Assembly (NCBI GenBank): GCA_964016885.1 | Contig: OZ024742.1 | Span: 170,314,001-170,378,000 of the forward strand | Reading direction: 5' to 3' | DNA length: 64,000 nucleotides | From: Eledone cirrhosa | Lineage: Eukaryota | Program-made: the position numbers and the translations under genes | Shown here: piece after piece, positions 13,272 through 24,586 of the stretch | Numbering within the stretch: the first letter of the stretch is position 1 | How the letters are laid out: every line of letters begins with the position of its first letter | The notes under the pieces: generated by a model | Seen by the model: only the letters and a program-made list of their open reading frames with translations | Databases searched by the model: none | Told to the model about the DNA's origin: nothing

Positions 13272-14928
13272 CAGTGTATTACTGCGTATTCGTGGCTCGG
13301 CATTCACAGTCCCGGTTATTAGTGGAATTTTCCGTAAAACCTAACTAATAATTATTCGTGGAAACCACCATATATTCGCGGGATCGTAAATATCTTCTGC
13401 AATTTTCTCATGGCTTTTTCGTGGCAATCATCATCATCATTTTACGTCCGCTTTTCCCTGCTTGCAAGGGTGGGACGGGTCTTATTCAGCACAGCATCTC
13501 TCCACTTGTCACGGTCCTTCGTCATCTCCTCCGTGAGTTTCAGCGATCTGAGGTCTACTCTGACCACCTCCGCCCATGTTTTTTGTGATCTTCCTCTACT
13601 GCGTCTTCTTTCACCACCTCCGCCCATGTTTTTTGTGATCTTCCTCTACTGCGTCTTCTTTCTACTGGGATTTCTTGGCACTTCTTTACCCAGCGGTCAT
13701 CTTCCATGCGTATCACATGTTCATACAATCTCAGTCTTCTCTCCTGCACACCACAACTTATCCCTCTTATACCCAGTTTCTTTCTCAACTCATCTATTCT
13801 TCGTCGTTCCCGCACATTGACATTGCACATCCAATGGAGCATGCTTGCCTCATTTCTCTCCAGCTGTCGCATATCCTCTGCAGTTTCTGCCCATGTCTTA
13901 CTCCCATGCAGCATCGCGCATCTCACACAGGCATCATATAACCGGCCTTTCGTATGCAGGGAGAAACCCTTCTTTGTCAACAGAGGAAGCAGCTCCCTAA
14001 ACTTCTTCCAACCTGTCTTTATTCTAGATACTATGGCCTCGGAACCTTTCCCCCCTCCCATGCTAATCTGATCACCTAGGTACTGGAAGCTATCAACCAC
14101 TTCTATAGAACCCACTTGCATTGGAAAAATATGTCTATCACTGCGGTTACTACTGCCAACTTTCCCTGTACGTCTACTGCATACATAGTTTTCCCTACCT
14201 GTTAGTTTGCCTGCTATCCTACTACATCTCTTGTGTACCTAAGATCTGCATTGCATACATTTTATGGAATTTATGCCAGTTTCTTTTCTACATATCGAAC
14301 ATGACCATTTCCCAGATGGAATCGGAGTATTGTTCTCTCTTCTACTTATCAACACTTTTGTCTTAGCTATGTTCACTCTCGGTCCTCTTGATTCCAACTG
14401 CTGTTTCCATAGCCAGAATTTATTCTCTAGTTCCTCTACTGATTCTGCTATAAGAACCAGATCATCAGCATAGAGAAGTTCCCATGGGCATCCAGTCTTA
14501 AACTTCTTTGTTATGGCTTGGAGGACTATAATGAACAAGAGCGGGCTGAAGACCGAACCCTGATGTACACCTACTTGTATCTGGAATTCACTAAACTCCA
14601 TTCTGCACAAAACCAAACTGCATCTCATCTAATTTGACCCTTTCTCTAATCAGTTACACTAATATTATCTCTGCCACTTTCATAACCTGATCCATCAGCT
14701 TTATACCCCTATAATTTCTCCTCTCCAGAGCATCCCCTTTACTTTTGTAGCAATTTATGAGAATACTGCTGCACCAGTCTTTGGGTATGCTGGCCTATAT
14801 TTTACGTTATATTTTGACATTTATAGGCATTTTTATAGACCACATCGAATATTCGCAGTTTTTCACTCATCATATCATGGGTGCTCTAGGAACATAACCC
14901 CTGCAAATACCATACCGGGAAACAACTG
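13272..14928. mobile_element. Tc1/pogo(Tigger)-type MITE, split by an RTE insertion
   Basis: TA|cagtg... at 13270-13276 and ...aactg|TA at 14924-14930; CpG-bearing tattcgtgg/tattcgc subrepeats on both sides of the RTE piece. Confidence 0.5.
13428..14789 (-). mobile_element. 5'-truncated RTE LINE (RT C-terminal half)
   Basis: VGVHQGSVFSPLLF, LLYADDLVL, FQYLG and RRLRLYEHVIRM motifs; (ATG)n tail; perfect 50-bp tandem duplication at 13563-13662; internal deletion near 14603. Confidence 0.93.
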
Positions 14929-15611
14929 TATTTCAACTAATTAACACAAATTTTTGAGAGATTTACTAAAATTATTTTGTCACTAAGATAACTTAATGTG
15001 ATTCTTATATAAAATTATATTGGAATATTTCAATTTAAATGGGAAGTCTTTAAAATAGATGGTCTTATTTCATAGAACCACAGATGGTTTTGAGTGGGTT
15101 GGTATCAAAAGGGTTAATGTCAAGTTAAAATTTTTTTTCTAAACTCATGTATAGCTATTTTATGGTTGTGGTATACACTTGTTTAAAAGTCACACTGGTT
15201 GATAAGTCAGACCTCCATTTTTATATACAACACTCAAAATGTACCATATATTTTGAATTGAAGTTTTATTGGTTCACTGGGTAAGTCACATACATGCTGG
15301 TTTTTCATGATGAATATTCATGGAAATGGTCTAACTTATACACAAATATATCATAATTGGACTTTGTGTAGCTTTGTTACTATGTTATAAAAAAATAGGA
15401 AAGGGGCTAATTTGATAATCAGACCGAGGGAACTACTTCCATTGGTCTTTCCATTGCTAATATGATCTCTCGGTTACAACTCCTGGCAGAATAAAGGAGC
15501 TGATCAAGGAAACTACATTTCCAATGCTGATAATCTGCTGGTCTCAACTCCTGGCAGAAGAGTCACCATTTTTCAGCAACATGATGTGGGATTCGATCTC
15601 AACATGTCTAA

Positions 15612-15784
15612 CCCTTTAGCATTTACATTCCTCTATATTTACTATTGTATTTTTGCGATAAAGGCTTTATTTCACATAATATCGAATTTATGAGATTTTG
15701 ATATTATTTATTATATACAGCTGGTTTGAGCAGAAAGAGGTGAGTGAATTCTGGCCAGATACAGCCAGTTTAAATACTAAAGGG
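15612..15784. mobile_element. TTAA MITE family 1, internally deleted copy
   Basis: ccctttagcattta ... taaatactaaaggg|TTAA. Confidence 0.75.
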
Positions 15785-16663
15785 TTAAAACTGGATCAGA
15801 TACTGCAAAGTATGTTGTCTGATTCTTTAATAATTTTGCCAAGCTATGAACTGGTGGTTCATTTATCTAACTTGAAAAGATAAAAAGGCAAAATTGACCA
15901 TAGGTGGATTTGAACTTAGAATGCAGAGATCTGGAACAAATACCAACACTAACAACTGAGAATTTGTTGCCTGTTAAAAAGATTTAAAGTTATTTGGAAT
16001 AAAACTGCAACCTGCACAATACAAATAACTAAAACATACTATAGAGTATTCTGTTAGCAGTGGTATACTTATTGCTAATAAATTGTAGTTAATGGTTAGT
16101 AATGTATTTTTTAATGAATTAGTCTGTAGTTGTGGCTGTATGTAAGTGGATGTCAGCAGGTTTAATACATGGAGCAATAAAAAGCTAAAGTAGAATAAAA
16201 TATGCAAGAGGGGTGGAGTGGAGGGGAAGCTGGGGCTATTAGTGAGTGACTAATAATATTTTTTTCATTTTCCTGGCCAGACACTTAGCTTTTGTAAATA
16301 GGTAGTGTATAGTATTAGCACACAGTTCATTACTGTAGGGATGTTGTATTATAATTGGCTAGTGTTGAGCTCTAATTCAACCATGGGCTACTTGAAATGA
16401 GATGGATATCACATACAGTAATAGGATCTTAGATGGTAGGGATTTTGACTAGTGATTAGGGTATTAGATTCAGGATTACAAGGTTGTGGGTATGATTTTG
16501 AACTGCATGATATGTTGTGTTATTGAGCAAGGCACTTTATTTCAGTTTGATTTTCATGATTGGACTGGTGCTCCATATTAAAACACCTGAGAAACCTATG
16601 AAATACAACTTTGTAGGTTGTCAGTTAAACTTGCATTGGTGTGAGCTGTAACATGTGTATGTA

Positions 16664-16721
<58 letters not shown>

Positions 16722-17112
16722 CGTTTAACGTCCATTTTCCACGCTAGCATGGGTTAGACAAGCTGTCTTGTGAGACAATTCAGGTCAGATGACTATGGCT
16801 TGCTCATACAGAACTGATTTTGGCTTGGCTTCTAAGGCTTGATGCCCTTCCTAACATCAACCTCATTTACAGGGTGCAGGAGAGGTTGTCATGCCATTGA
16901 CACAGCTGAGGGTCCTCCCAACCCTTTGTTTAGCAAAATTTCTATGACTGGATGCCCTTTCTATCACCAACCACTTCAGTGTGTACTGAGTGCATTTATC
17001 ATGTGTAGATCACCAACACTAGGGAGGTTGTCATGCCCTTGACATGACTGGAGGGTCCTCCCAACCCTTTGTCTGGCAAGTTTTCTATGGCTGGAGTTTT
17101 CATATTTATATA

Positions 17113-17225
17113 ATCGAGGGAATTGAAGATACAATTTCTCACAATGACACTGATCAGTTGGATTTGCAACTGAGATGAAACTGGCCGGTCACTGTGAGTA
17201 ATTATACTTTCACGTCCCTCAATCT
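17113..17225 (+). other. Foldback element with a decayed type I hammerhead-like core (Penelope/retrozyme-like)
   Basis: Long imperfect inverted arms enclose ctga, the stem tcagttg/caactga, gaaa and ctggcc; see findings. Confidence 0.5.
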
Positions 17226-19165
17226 ATACATATATACTCTTTATTAAAGCCAAGGTAGATTACTCATTCTCTCAAACATCAATATTTAGCGCACGCGCGC
17301 GCGTGTATATATATATATATATATATATATAATGATTTCTAAGTTTGGCACAAGGCCTACACATTTGTAGAGAAAGAGGATAATCATTGAATGAGCCTCT
17401 TTAAATTATGTATATATTGTTAGAAGAGACTGCAGGAGACATAATATCAATGGCCAATTGTAGGCCATAAAGATTTTCACTTCTGATGAATGGACTTTTC
17501 ATATATATTTTATTCTGGGTGCAGTCTGGAGAGAGTGAGCTTGCTTGTAATTGTGTGGAGGGTGGGAAGCAGGGAACCTCTGTTGTGTGAGTTATATTAT
17601 AGTGTAAATTTGGACCTGTGAGAGCTATGTTATAAAAGTAGTGTGCACAGGTGGCAAATTGGCAGAGTTGTTAAAAGGTTAGAGGTTTTTGCAGTATTTG
17701 TGTTGACGCCATGCTCTCTGAGTTCAAATCCTACTGAGGTCATCTTTGTCTTTCATCTATTTAAGGTCTATAAAAAAGAAATTACCAATCTGTTATTGGA
17801 GTCAGTTTGTCTTTTGTATCTTTTTCTCACTTCCATTCTCTCTATCTTTCTCTGGAAGAAATCTGCTGTGTTCAGACCTGGAGAGATGTGCTCTGCCAGG
17901 TTACCCCCCCCCCCAAAAAAAAATCCCTTAGAAGTGCTGTATGTCAATATGGTGCCCCTATGACTCCCCCTAGGAGTTACAGGTCTATACATAGATGTGT
18001 GCCTATATGAGCTATATTATAAAGTAGTGTACATATGTGCCTGTATGATCTATATTATAAAGTAGTATATGTGCTTGTGTGAACTATTTTATAAAGTAAT
18101 TTATATCTGTGCCTGTGTGATCTATATCATAAAGTAGTACTAGTGTGTGTGCCTGTGAGGTATATTATATGTGTGCCTATGTGAGCTGCATTATAAAGTA
18201 GTGCAGATCTGCGTAACTGTGTGAGCTATATTATAAGATAGTGTGTATCTATAGCTTGTAGTGGTTGAGACATTTTCAGGATTGACGTATTTGCTGTCCC
18301 TAGAAATTGAACTCACTTTTTGTGTGTGTGTGTGTGTGTGTGTCCCCCCCCCCCCCCCAAAAAAAAAAGATTTAACTGTGTAGAATTATATTGTCTAGGG
18401 AGTCTTTTCTGTAACTTGGTACCCTGTATTTTGATAACTATTGTAAAAGACATGCTAAAGATCCCATGCAGTAACATCCTGTAATGATTGTGTGTTTTGT
18501 CTAAAACCAGTTTCTTTTTAAAGCAGTGAAATTCAAGTAGTTCTTGTTTAAGACCTTCTCCCCCTCTCCCCAAAAAAGCTAGACAAAATAGTAAAATGGA
18601 CCAGATATGTTTTTTTCATCTAAAGACAAAATAAAACAAAAGTAACTGAGTGTTGATAGTATCTTTACTGGTGGGAAGATTGTGAAAATTTAAAGTATTA
18701 AAGACTTCAATTTTTATTGATGCAGTCACAGTGCTGTTTTACACTTATCAAAAATATCTTGCTAATGTTGTTTCATGCAGCACAATATGTTAAGAATTAA
18801 GCATACAGTTATGTTGCATCAAATATATAAAATGAATATTGAATAAATTAGAACTAACTAGCAGATATTATAAAACAAAACTATTGTTGTTTGTAGAAAT
18901 GCCATCATCCATACTGCTACGATATCAGAAATACGTCTATAATACCCTAGAAATACGTCTTCATTGGTCTGTGGATAATGAGATTTGGTTTATAAATATA
19001 TCCAAGACATTGCAGTATAATTTCAGCAATCAGAACATCTATCCTGACTGGTATAGATCTTGGAATCAGAAAATAGGATCTAATTTATGTACAAGTATAA
19101 GATATCAATATTCCAATGATAGAATGTCAAATTTGGTTCATTTTAAACTATAGTAATTATTGTGG

Positions 19166-19908
19166 AAGGCAGTGAATTGGCAGAACAGTTGGGACTTTGA
19201 GTTCAAAACCTGCTGAGGCCAATTTTGCCTTTCATCCTTTCAAGGTTAATAAAAATGTACCAGTCCAATACAGGATTCTGTAGATTCTTCCTCTCCTGTC
19301 TCTTCTCTTACCCCTCCCTGTCTTTTCTCTTTCCCCTCTCTGTCTTTTCTCTTTCCCCTCTCTGTCTTTTCTCTTTCCCCTCTCTGTCTTTTCTCTTTCC
19401 CCTCTCTGTCTTTTCTCTTTCCCCTCTCTGTCTTTTCTCTTTCCCCTCTCTGTCTTTTCTCTTTCCCCTCCCTGTCTTTTCTCTTTCCCCTCCCTGTCTT
19501 TTCTCTTTCCCCTCTCTGTCTTTTCTCTTTCCCCTCTCTGTCTTTTCTCTTTCCCCTCTGTCTTTTCTCTTTCCCCTCTCTGTCTTTTCTCTTTCCCCTC
19601 TCTGTCTTTTCTCTTTCCCCTCCCTGTCTTTTCTCTTTCCCCTCTCTGTCTTTTCTCTTTCCCCTCTCTGTCTTTTCTCTTTCCCCTCTCTGTCTTTTCT
19701 CTTTCCCCTCTCTGTCTTTTCTCTTTCCCCTCCCTGTCTTTTCTCTTTCCCCTCTCTGTCTTTTCTCTTTCCCCTCTCCCACAAAGAAATCCGCTGTGTT
19801 CAGACCTGGAGAGGGATGGTCTCCACCAAGTTTAAAATGCCCTAGACACACTACATGCCACTATGGCTCCTCTATGACTCCATCAGGAGTTACTGGTCCA
19901 TACATACA
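19166..19908 (+). mobile_element. Family A-related SINE variant with a pyrimidine tract and (ATAC)n tail
   Basis: ggcagtgaattggcagaa head, gagttcaaa B-box, agaaatccgctgtgttcagacctggagag module and catacatac tail. Relatives near 6560-6840, 9510-9720, 17648-17990, 31035-31360 and 48380-48760. Confidence 0.75.
19310..19779. repeat. 22-bp polypyrimidine minisatellite
   Basis: About 21 near-perfect copies of tctgtcttttctctttcccctc. Confidence 0.95.
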
Positions 19909-20351
19909 ATTATTGTGGTAATCAACATAATCAATAAATCAATATTTCTGAAGATAGCCTTTTCAGACATTAGTGTTGAAATTACTGGTACTTGTTTGAA
20001 AATTCCTGCTGCTTGTGTTTATTTATAATTGATTCTAACTTTGAATTATTTACATTGTGTTTCCAAATATAAAACAATTGTGTGTGTCTATTTTTTTTGT
20101 CATTAAAGAAATTGTTACTTGACTGCTGCCAAAATCTTGAATATGGTAAAACTGAAAAGTTAATGTCTATTTTAAGCTCTGGAGGGATTTTTGTTGATAG
20201 ATTTTTACATTTTAGAATATTTAGTATAATTCTTATGAATTAGCAAGTATTGATCTCTTGTATAATTGGATGACTGAGTTTCTACTAGATGATTGCATAT
20301 TGATTGGGTTTGGTTTTCAATGTCAGTCATGACTTTTGTTTCTATATTTGA

Positions 20352-20595
20352 ATGTTACTATAGCAAATAGACGCTGGGTGAGGGTGACTATAGCCAATAG
20401 ATTCTGGGTGGAGGTGACTATAGCAAATAGATGCTGGGTGGGGGTGACTATAGCAAATAGATGCTGGGTGGGGGTGACTATAGCAAATAGATGCTGGGTG
20501 GGAGTGACTATAGCAAATAGATGCTGGGTGGGGGTGACTATAGCAAATAGAAGCTGGTGTCTGTGGGTGGTGAGGTGATTATAGCAAATAGACAT
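20352..20595. repeat. 30-bp G-rich minisatellite
   Basis: About 7-8 copies of gtgactatagcaaatagatgctgggtgggg. Confidence 0.92.
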
Positions 20596-21806
20596 TGGTG
20601 TATGTGTAAGGGTATGTATGTATGACTAGGTAGTAGATGCTGGTGTGCGTGTGTGTGTGGGGGGGGGGGTAACTACAGTAGATAAGTTGGTGTGTTTGTT
20701 AAGGTGGGGTGACTATAACAAATAGAAACAGATGTGTATGTAGGTGTGTGTGTATGTAAAAATATAGCACCTGATGATGGTGGGAGAATATACTGATCTG
20801 TTCTTTGTGAAGATAAAATCTTGAGATTAATTTAATCTAATCAATGTCAACTGCTCTACTAATTGTTTTTTGCCTGCTGTAGACAATTCTTCTCAATGAC
20901 ATTCTGTATTGAGAAAGGCCTAATTTCAACTTGATATATCTGCTAATCACATTACGAGTTCCTTTCTCAACCACTGTTTTCTCATGCTTATCAAATCTAC
21001 ATCTTGTAAGAAACTTGAAACTTGTTCTCATTTTAGTGTGAACAATTTGTTCTATTCACCTCTCACTGTAAATTAATACGTCAATGGATAGAAACTATGC
21101 ATTTCTCTCCCACACCCAACAAAGCTTTGTCAAATTTCTATTACATACATGTATATATATGAGATAGTTTCTATCATTTGCAGTGGTTTCAGAATAATGC
21201 CTCTTAAAGTTACAACTCTTCCTTCCTCTGCCTTTGTTGTCTCTAGCAAATTGTTTTTGTCACGTGCACTCTTATCATTTTCCAGCCCACATGTGCACAT
21301 AGACGTCTGGTGACAATGGTTATTATCTAAACACCTGAATTATTTTAATTTCTCTTCATTGTGATCTTAGGTTCTCTCTCTCAATTATAATTTTGTGGTT
21401 GTATTGAAAAAGAAAAATGAAATTTACAGCTTTGACCTATGCAAGTTTAGCTGACCTAATGCATGTGAGGTTGTATTGAAAAAGAGATTTCTTAGTTGTT
21501 TTAATAATAGGGGTCAAAATTCTATGTCGTTACAGTCCACACGCATGTAGGTTTAGCTGACTTATGAGGTTGCACCGCATAAGTGATTTCTCGGTTATTT
21601 TAATAATAGGGTTCCAGTCCTTTCATGCTGTTACAGCTTACACCTATATAGATCAGCAAATAGGGCCATGAAACACCTAAATCTGAATGTAGATACCTAG
21701 AATAAATGCAAAGTAATCACTGAATGTCCCAATACTTAAATAATACACTCCAAATAAAAAGCCAACAAACAAAAGACCTAGGGGATAAAACCATCGGATG
21801 CCAAAT

Positions 21807-22060
21807 CAGGACTCCGTACAGGCGAGCCACTCCGCAAGATCGGAGCGTCGGCGACCTGTCTGAGGAGGGAGCCGTGCAAGATTAGGTGGCTGTTGCAGCG
21901 GGTGTCACTGGCCATTGTCCTCGGGAATGCTTTTGCGGTCTTGTTCGTGGGGTGCAGTCCTGCCTCCGTGCCCTAGGCCTTAAGCCCAATGATCCTCTCC
22001 CTTCACCCTTCCCTCCCCTTCCTGTTTTTTCTTTTATATCCATAAAATCATTAAAACAAA
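21807..22060 (+). mobile_element. 3' fragment of a CRE-clade (RLE-type) non-LTR retrotransposon
   Basis: The frame ending at TAG 21974-21976 reads GLRTGEPLRKIGASATCLRREPCKIRWLLQRVSLAIVLGNAFAVL, matching the QRxSxAIxRGNA C-terminal motif; A-rich end; gccaaat duplicated at 21800-21806 and 22061-22067. Confidence 0.7.
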
Positions 22061-22232
22061 GCCAAATGTTCATATTAGAACCAAGACATCCATATTCCCT
22101 GACTCATACTCTGTAAACCACCAACTCATTCTAAATATCACTATGAGGGAGACATTTTCAAGCTGCAGCTGTCATATTATGCAGTTTCTGGTGTCGTATA
22201 AGGTTTCATAAGTAGTTTCTCAGGTGTTTTAA

Positions 22233-22430
22233 CCCTTTAACATTTACATTATTCTATATTATTGTATTTTCACGGTAAAGACTTTATCTCCCATTAAATC
22301 CATAGATTTTGATATTATTTATTTTGAGAACAATACCTTAACATCAGTATGAGTAGCTGGTTACAGCCAGTTTGAACAGAAAGAGGTGAGAGAATTCTGA
22401 CCGAATACGGCCGATTTAAATGCTAAATGG
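22233..22430. mobile_element. TTAA MITE family 1
   Basis: TTAA|ccctttaacattta ... taaatgctaaatgg|TTAA. Confidence 0.8.
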
Positions 22431-24232
22431 TTAATGTAGAGTCCCATTCCTATCATGTTATGTCTCACACCTATGCAGGTTTAGCTGGTCGCCTATAAGA
22501 TATCTTGTAACTGGTTTCTCATCTTTTTTAATGATAAGAACCTCAATTTTATCATGAAAAGCAACTTGAAATGTAGAGTCGTTCTCCAGAACAACAAATA
22601 CCACCCAGTCCAGGAATCAAAACCTACAAACTTGCAGTTTCTTAAGACTCCAAATTAATGGTTTCATTTTTACTGGAGCAGCAAAACAAAACCTATGAAT
22701 CACCTCCACCATCATTGTTATTATCATGTCCACTTATTCATGCTGGCTTTGGTTGGATGGGGTGGTTTGAAACAGTTTTACTGTTAGATACCCTTCCTGA
22801 CTCGAAACATTTTAGTTGCTTCTTGCAAATCTTGATACACACGGAATGTAGAATGGAAATTTGAATTGTGACATTTTAGGAAGTGTGAATATTACATTTG
22901 TCTTAGTTTAAGGTGATTGTTGTTACTTTGGTTGAAATTATATCAGTCAACCGTTTGCTTTTTATCCTATTAACTTATGCTGTATAACTCTTCTCTAATT
23001 AGAACTCTGTTACTTAACAGATCAAACACTTAAGAGAAATATGTAATGTTTTCATACAGATATATTATTTACTATTACACCTAATCTGTTGCTTGGTTTA
23101 ACACCACCATCTGGCTCTTGGGTACCTTTAGCAGAGTATATTTTGTTGTAAATCATCAAATACCTGGGTTAGCACCACCACTAGGCTCTTTGATACCTTT
23201 AGTAGAGTTTGCTCTGTCGTAAGCCATCAAATACCTGGTTTAACACTACCACTAGGCTCATTGGTGTCTTTAGTGGAGTCCACTCTGTTGTAAGCATCTG
23301 GGAGCCCTGTTTAACACCACTAGCTGACTCTTGGATATATTTAGCATTGGCTACCTGTTGTAAGCATTTGAATCATGTCTCCAGTCAGAGGTTATCTTCC
23401 CACCAACCATAGAAATCTTGGAAAGGCTTTGGCTGATGCCCTTCTTCCACTTATTAATCTTTATAATACCAAACCACCTGAAACTACTCCTAGTTCTACA
23501 ATACTAAGCTGCTTATTTTAATGTATTTTATATTATGTTTATCTAAATCCATCATAATTTTATGTAAGAACCTCAGTTAAGTTATGCTCCAAACACCAGA
23601 TTAATAATGAGAAAGTCAGTTATATTATTAAATGTGTGCAAAATTTTAATTATTTGAAAATATGTGTTTTTCATTAAAAATATAATGAACAGGTTATGAT
23701 GATGATAATGATGATGATGATGAAATAGAAAAAAAATCCTAATCTATTTCTGTTGTTTATTTTATTGGCAAAGCCTACCAAAGCAGTATTCTCTGTCTGG
23801 GTAAATAAACTAATTATCCAGTCAGGTTACTTGTTGCTTGTCTTACCATTTAGCTAATTGATAAGGTCAATGGAAAACTGAAACAAATGAAGCGTGTCTT
23901 ACCATTTAGCTAATCAAGTGCTATTTGAAGTAAAATGTACTAGAAGAGTTGTAATGCAGGATGATACAGAAGATTGATAAGGCAAATGGAAAACTGAGAC
24001 TAATATGTTGGTAGTGATGAGGGGATAAAAGCTGTGAAAATATACCAGTTGGAAAAGATATCATCACCCGTTATTTCTGATTAATGTTGGAATAGATGGA
24101 GAACGATTTACAATTGCTCTACAGTTAAAAACATGCTCACAATCTTTTTGGTATTTTTGTTACCTTTTCTTCTTTTTGCTTATGAGACTGTTATTGTCTC
24201 AGGTTGTTGTCGGTTACCTGATCGAGATCAGT

Positions 24233-24586
24233 GGAGGCACATGGCTTAGTGGTTAGAGCATTGGCTTTGCAATCGAAAGGTTGTGAGTTCAATTCTCAGA
24301 CCGGGTGATGTGTTGTTTCCTTGAGCAAGACACTTTATTTCACATTGCTCCAGTTTACTCAGCTGTAGAAATGAGATGATAGGAACTGGGGTCCATATCA
24401 TTCCACTACAAAGTGGTCGTGGAGGTGCCACGGCAAAAAAAAGCACCCAGCACTCACTGTAAATGAGGTTGGTGTTAGGAAGGGCATCCAGCTGTAGAAA
24501 TCAAGCCAGCATCAGTTTCCGCCCCACCCTTGCAAGCAGGGAAAAAGCGGACGTAAAATGAAATGATGATGATGAATGATGATGAT
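24233..24586 (+). mobile_element. Full-length CORE-type tRNA SINE with RTE-derived 3' tail
   Basis: A-box tggcttagtggttaga, B-box gagttcaattc, CORE-like ccttgagcaagacactttatttcac...ctgtagaaatgag, and tail cccttgcaagcagggaaaaagcggacgtaaaatg-(ATG)n. Confidence 0.88.

Noticed and set aside
19225-19851. 200-aa ORFs on both strands
   Set aside because: Translations of a stop-free 22-bp minisatellite.
20323-20595. VTIANRCWVG repeat protein
   Set aside because: 30-bp minisatellite that is open by chance on both strands.
24233-24305. tRNA gene
   Set aside because: A and B boxes are present but there is no complete cloverleaf; it continues into SINE body and tail.
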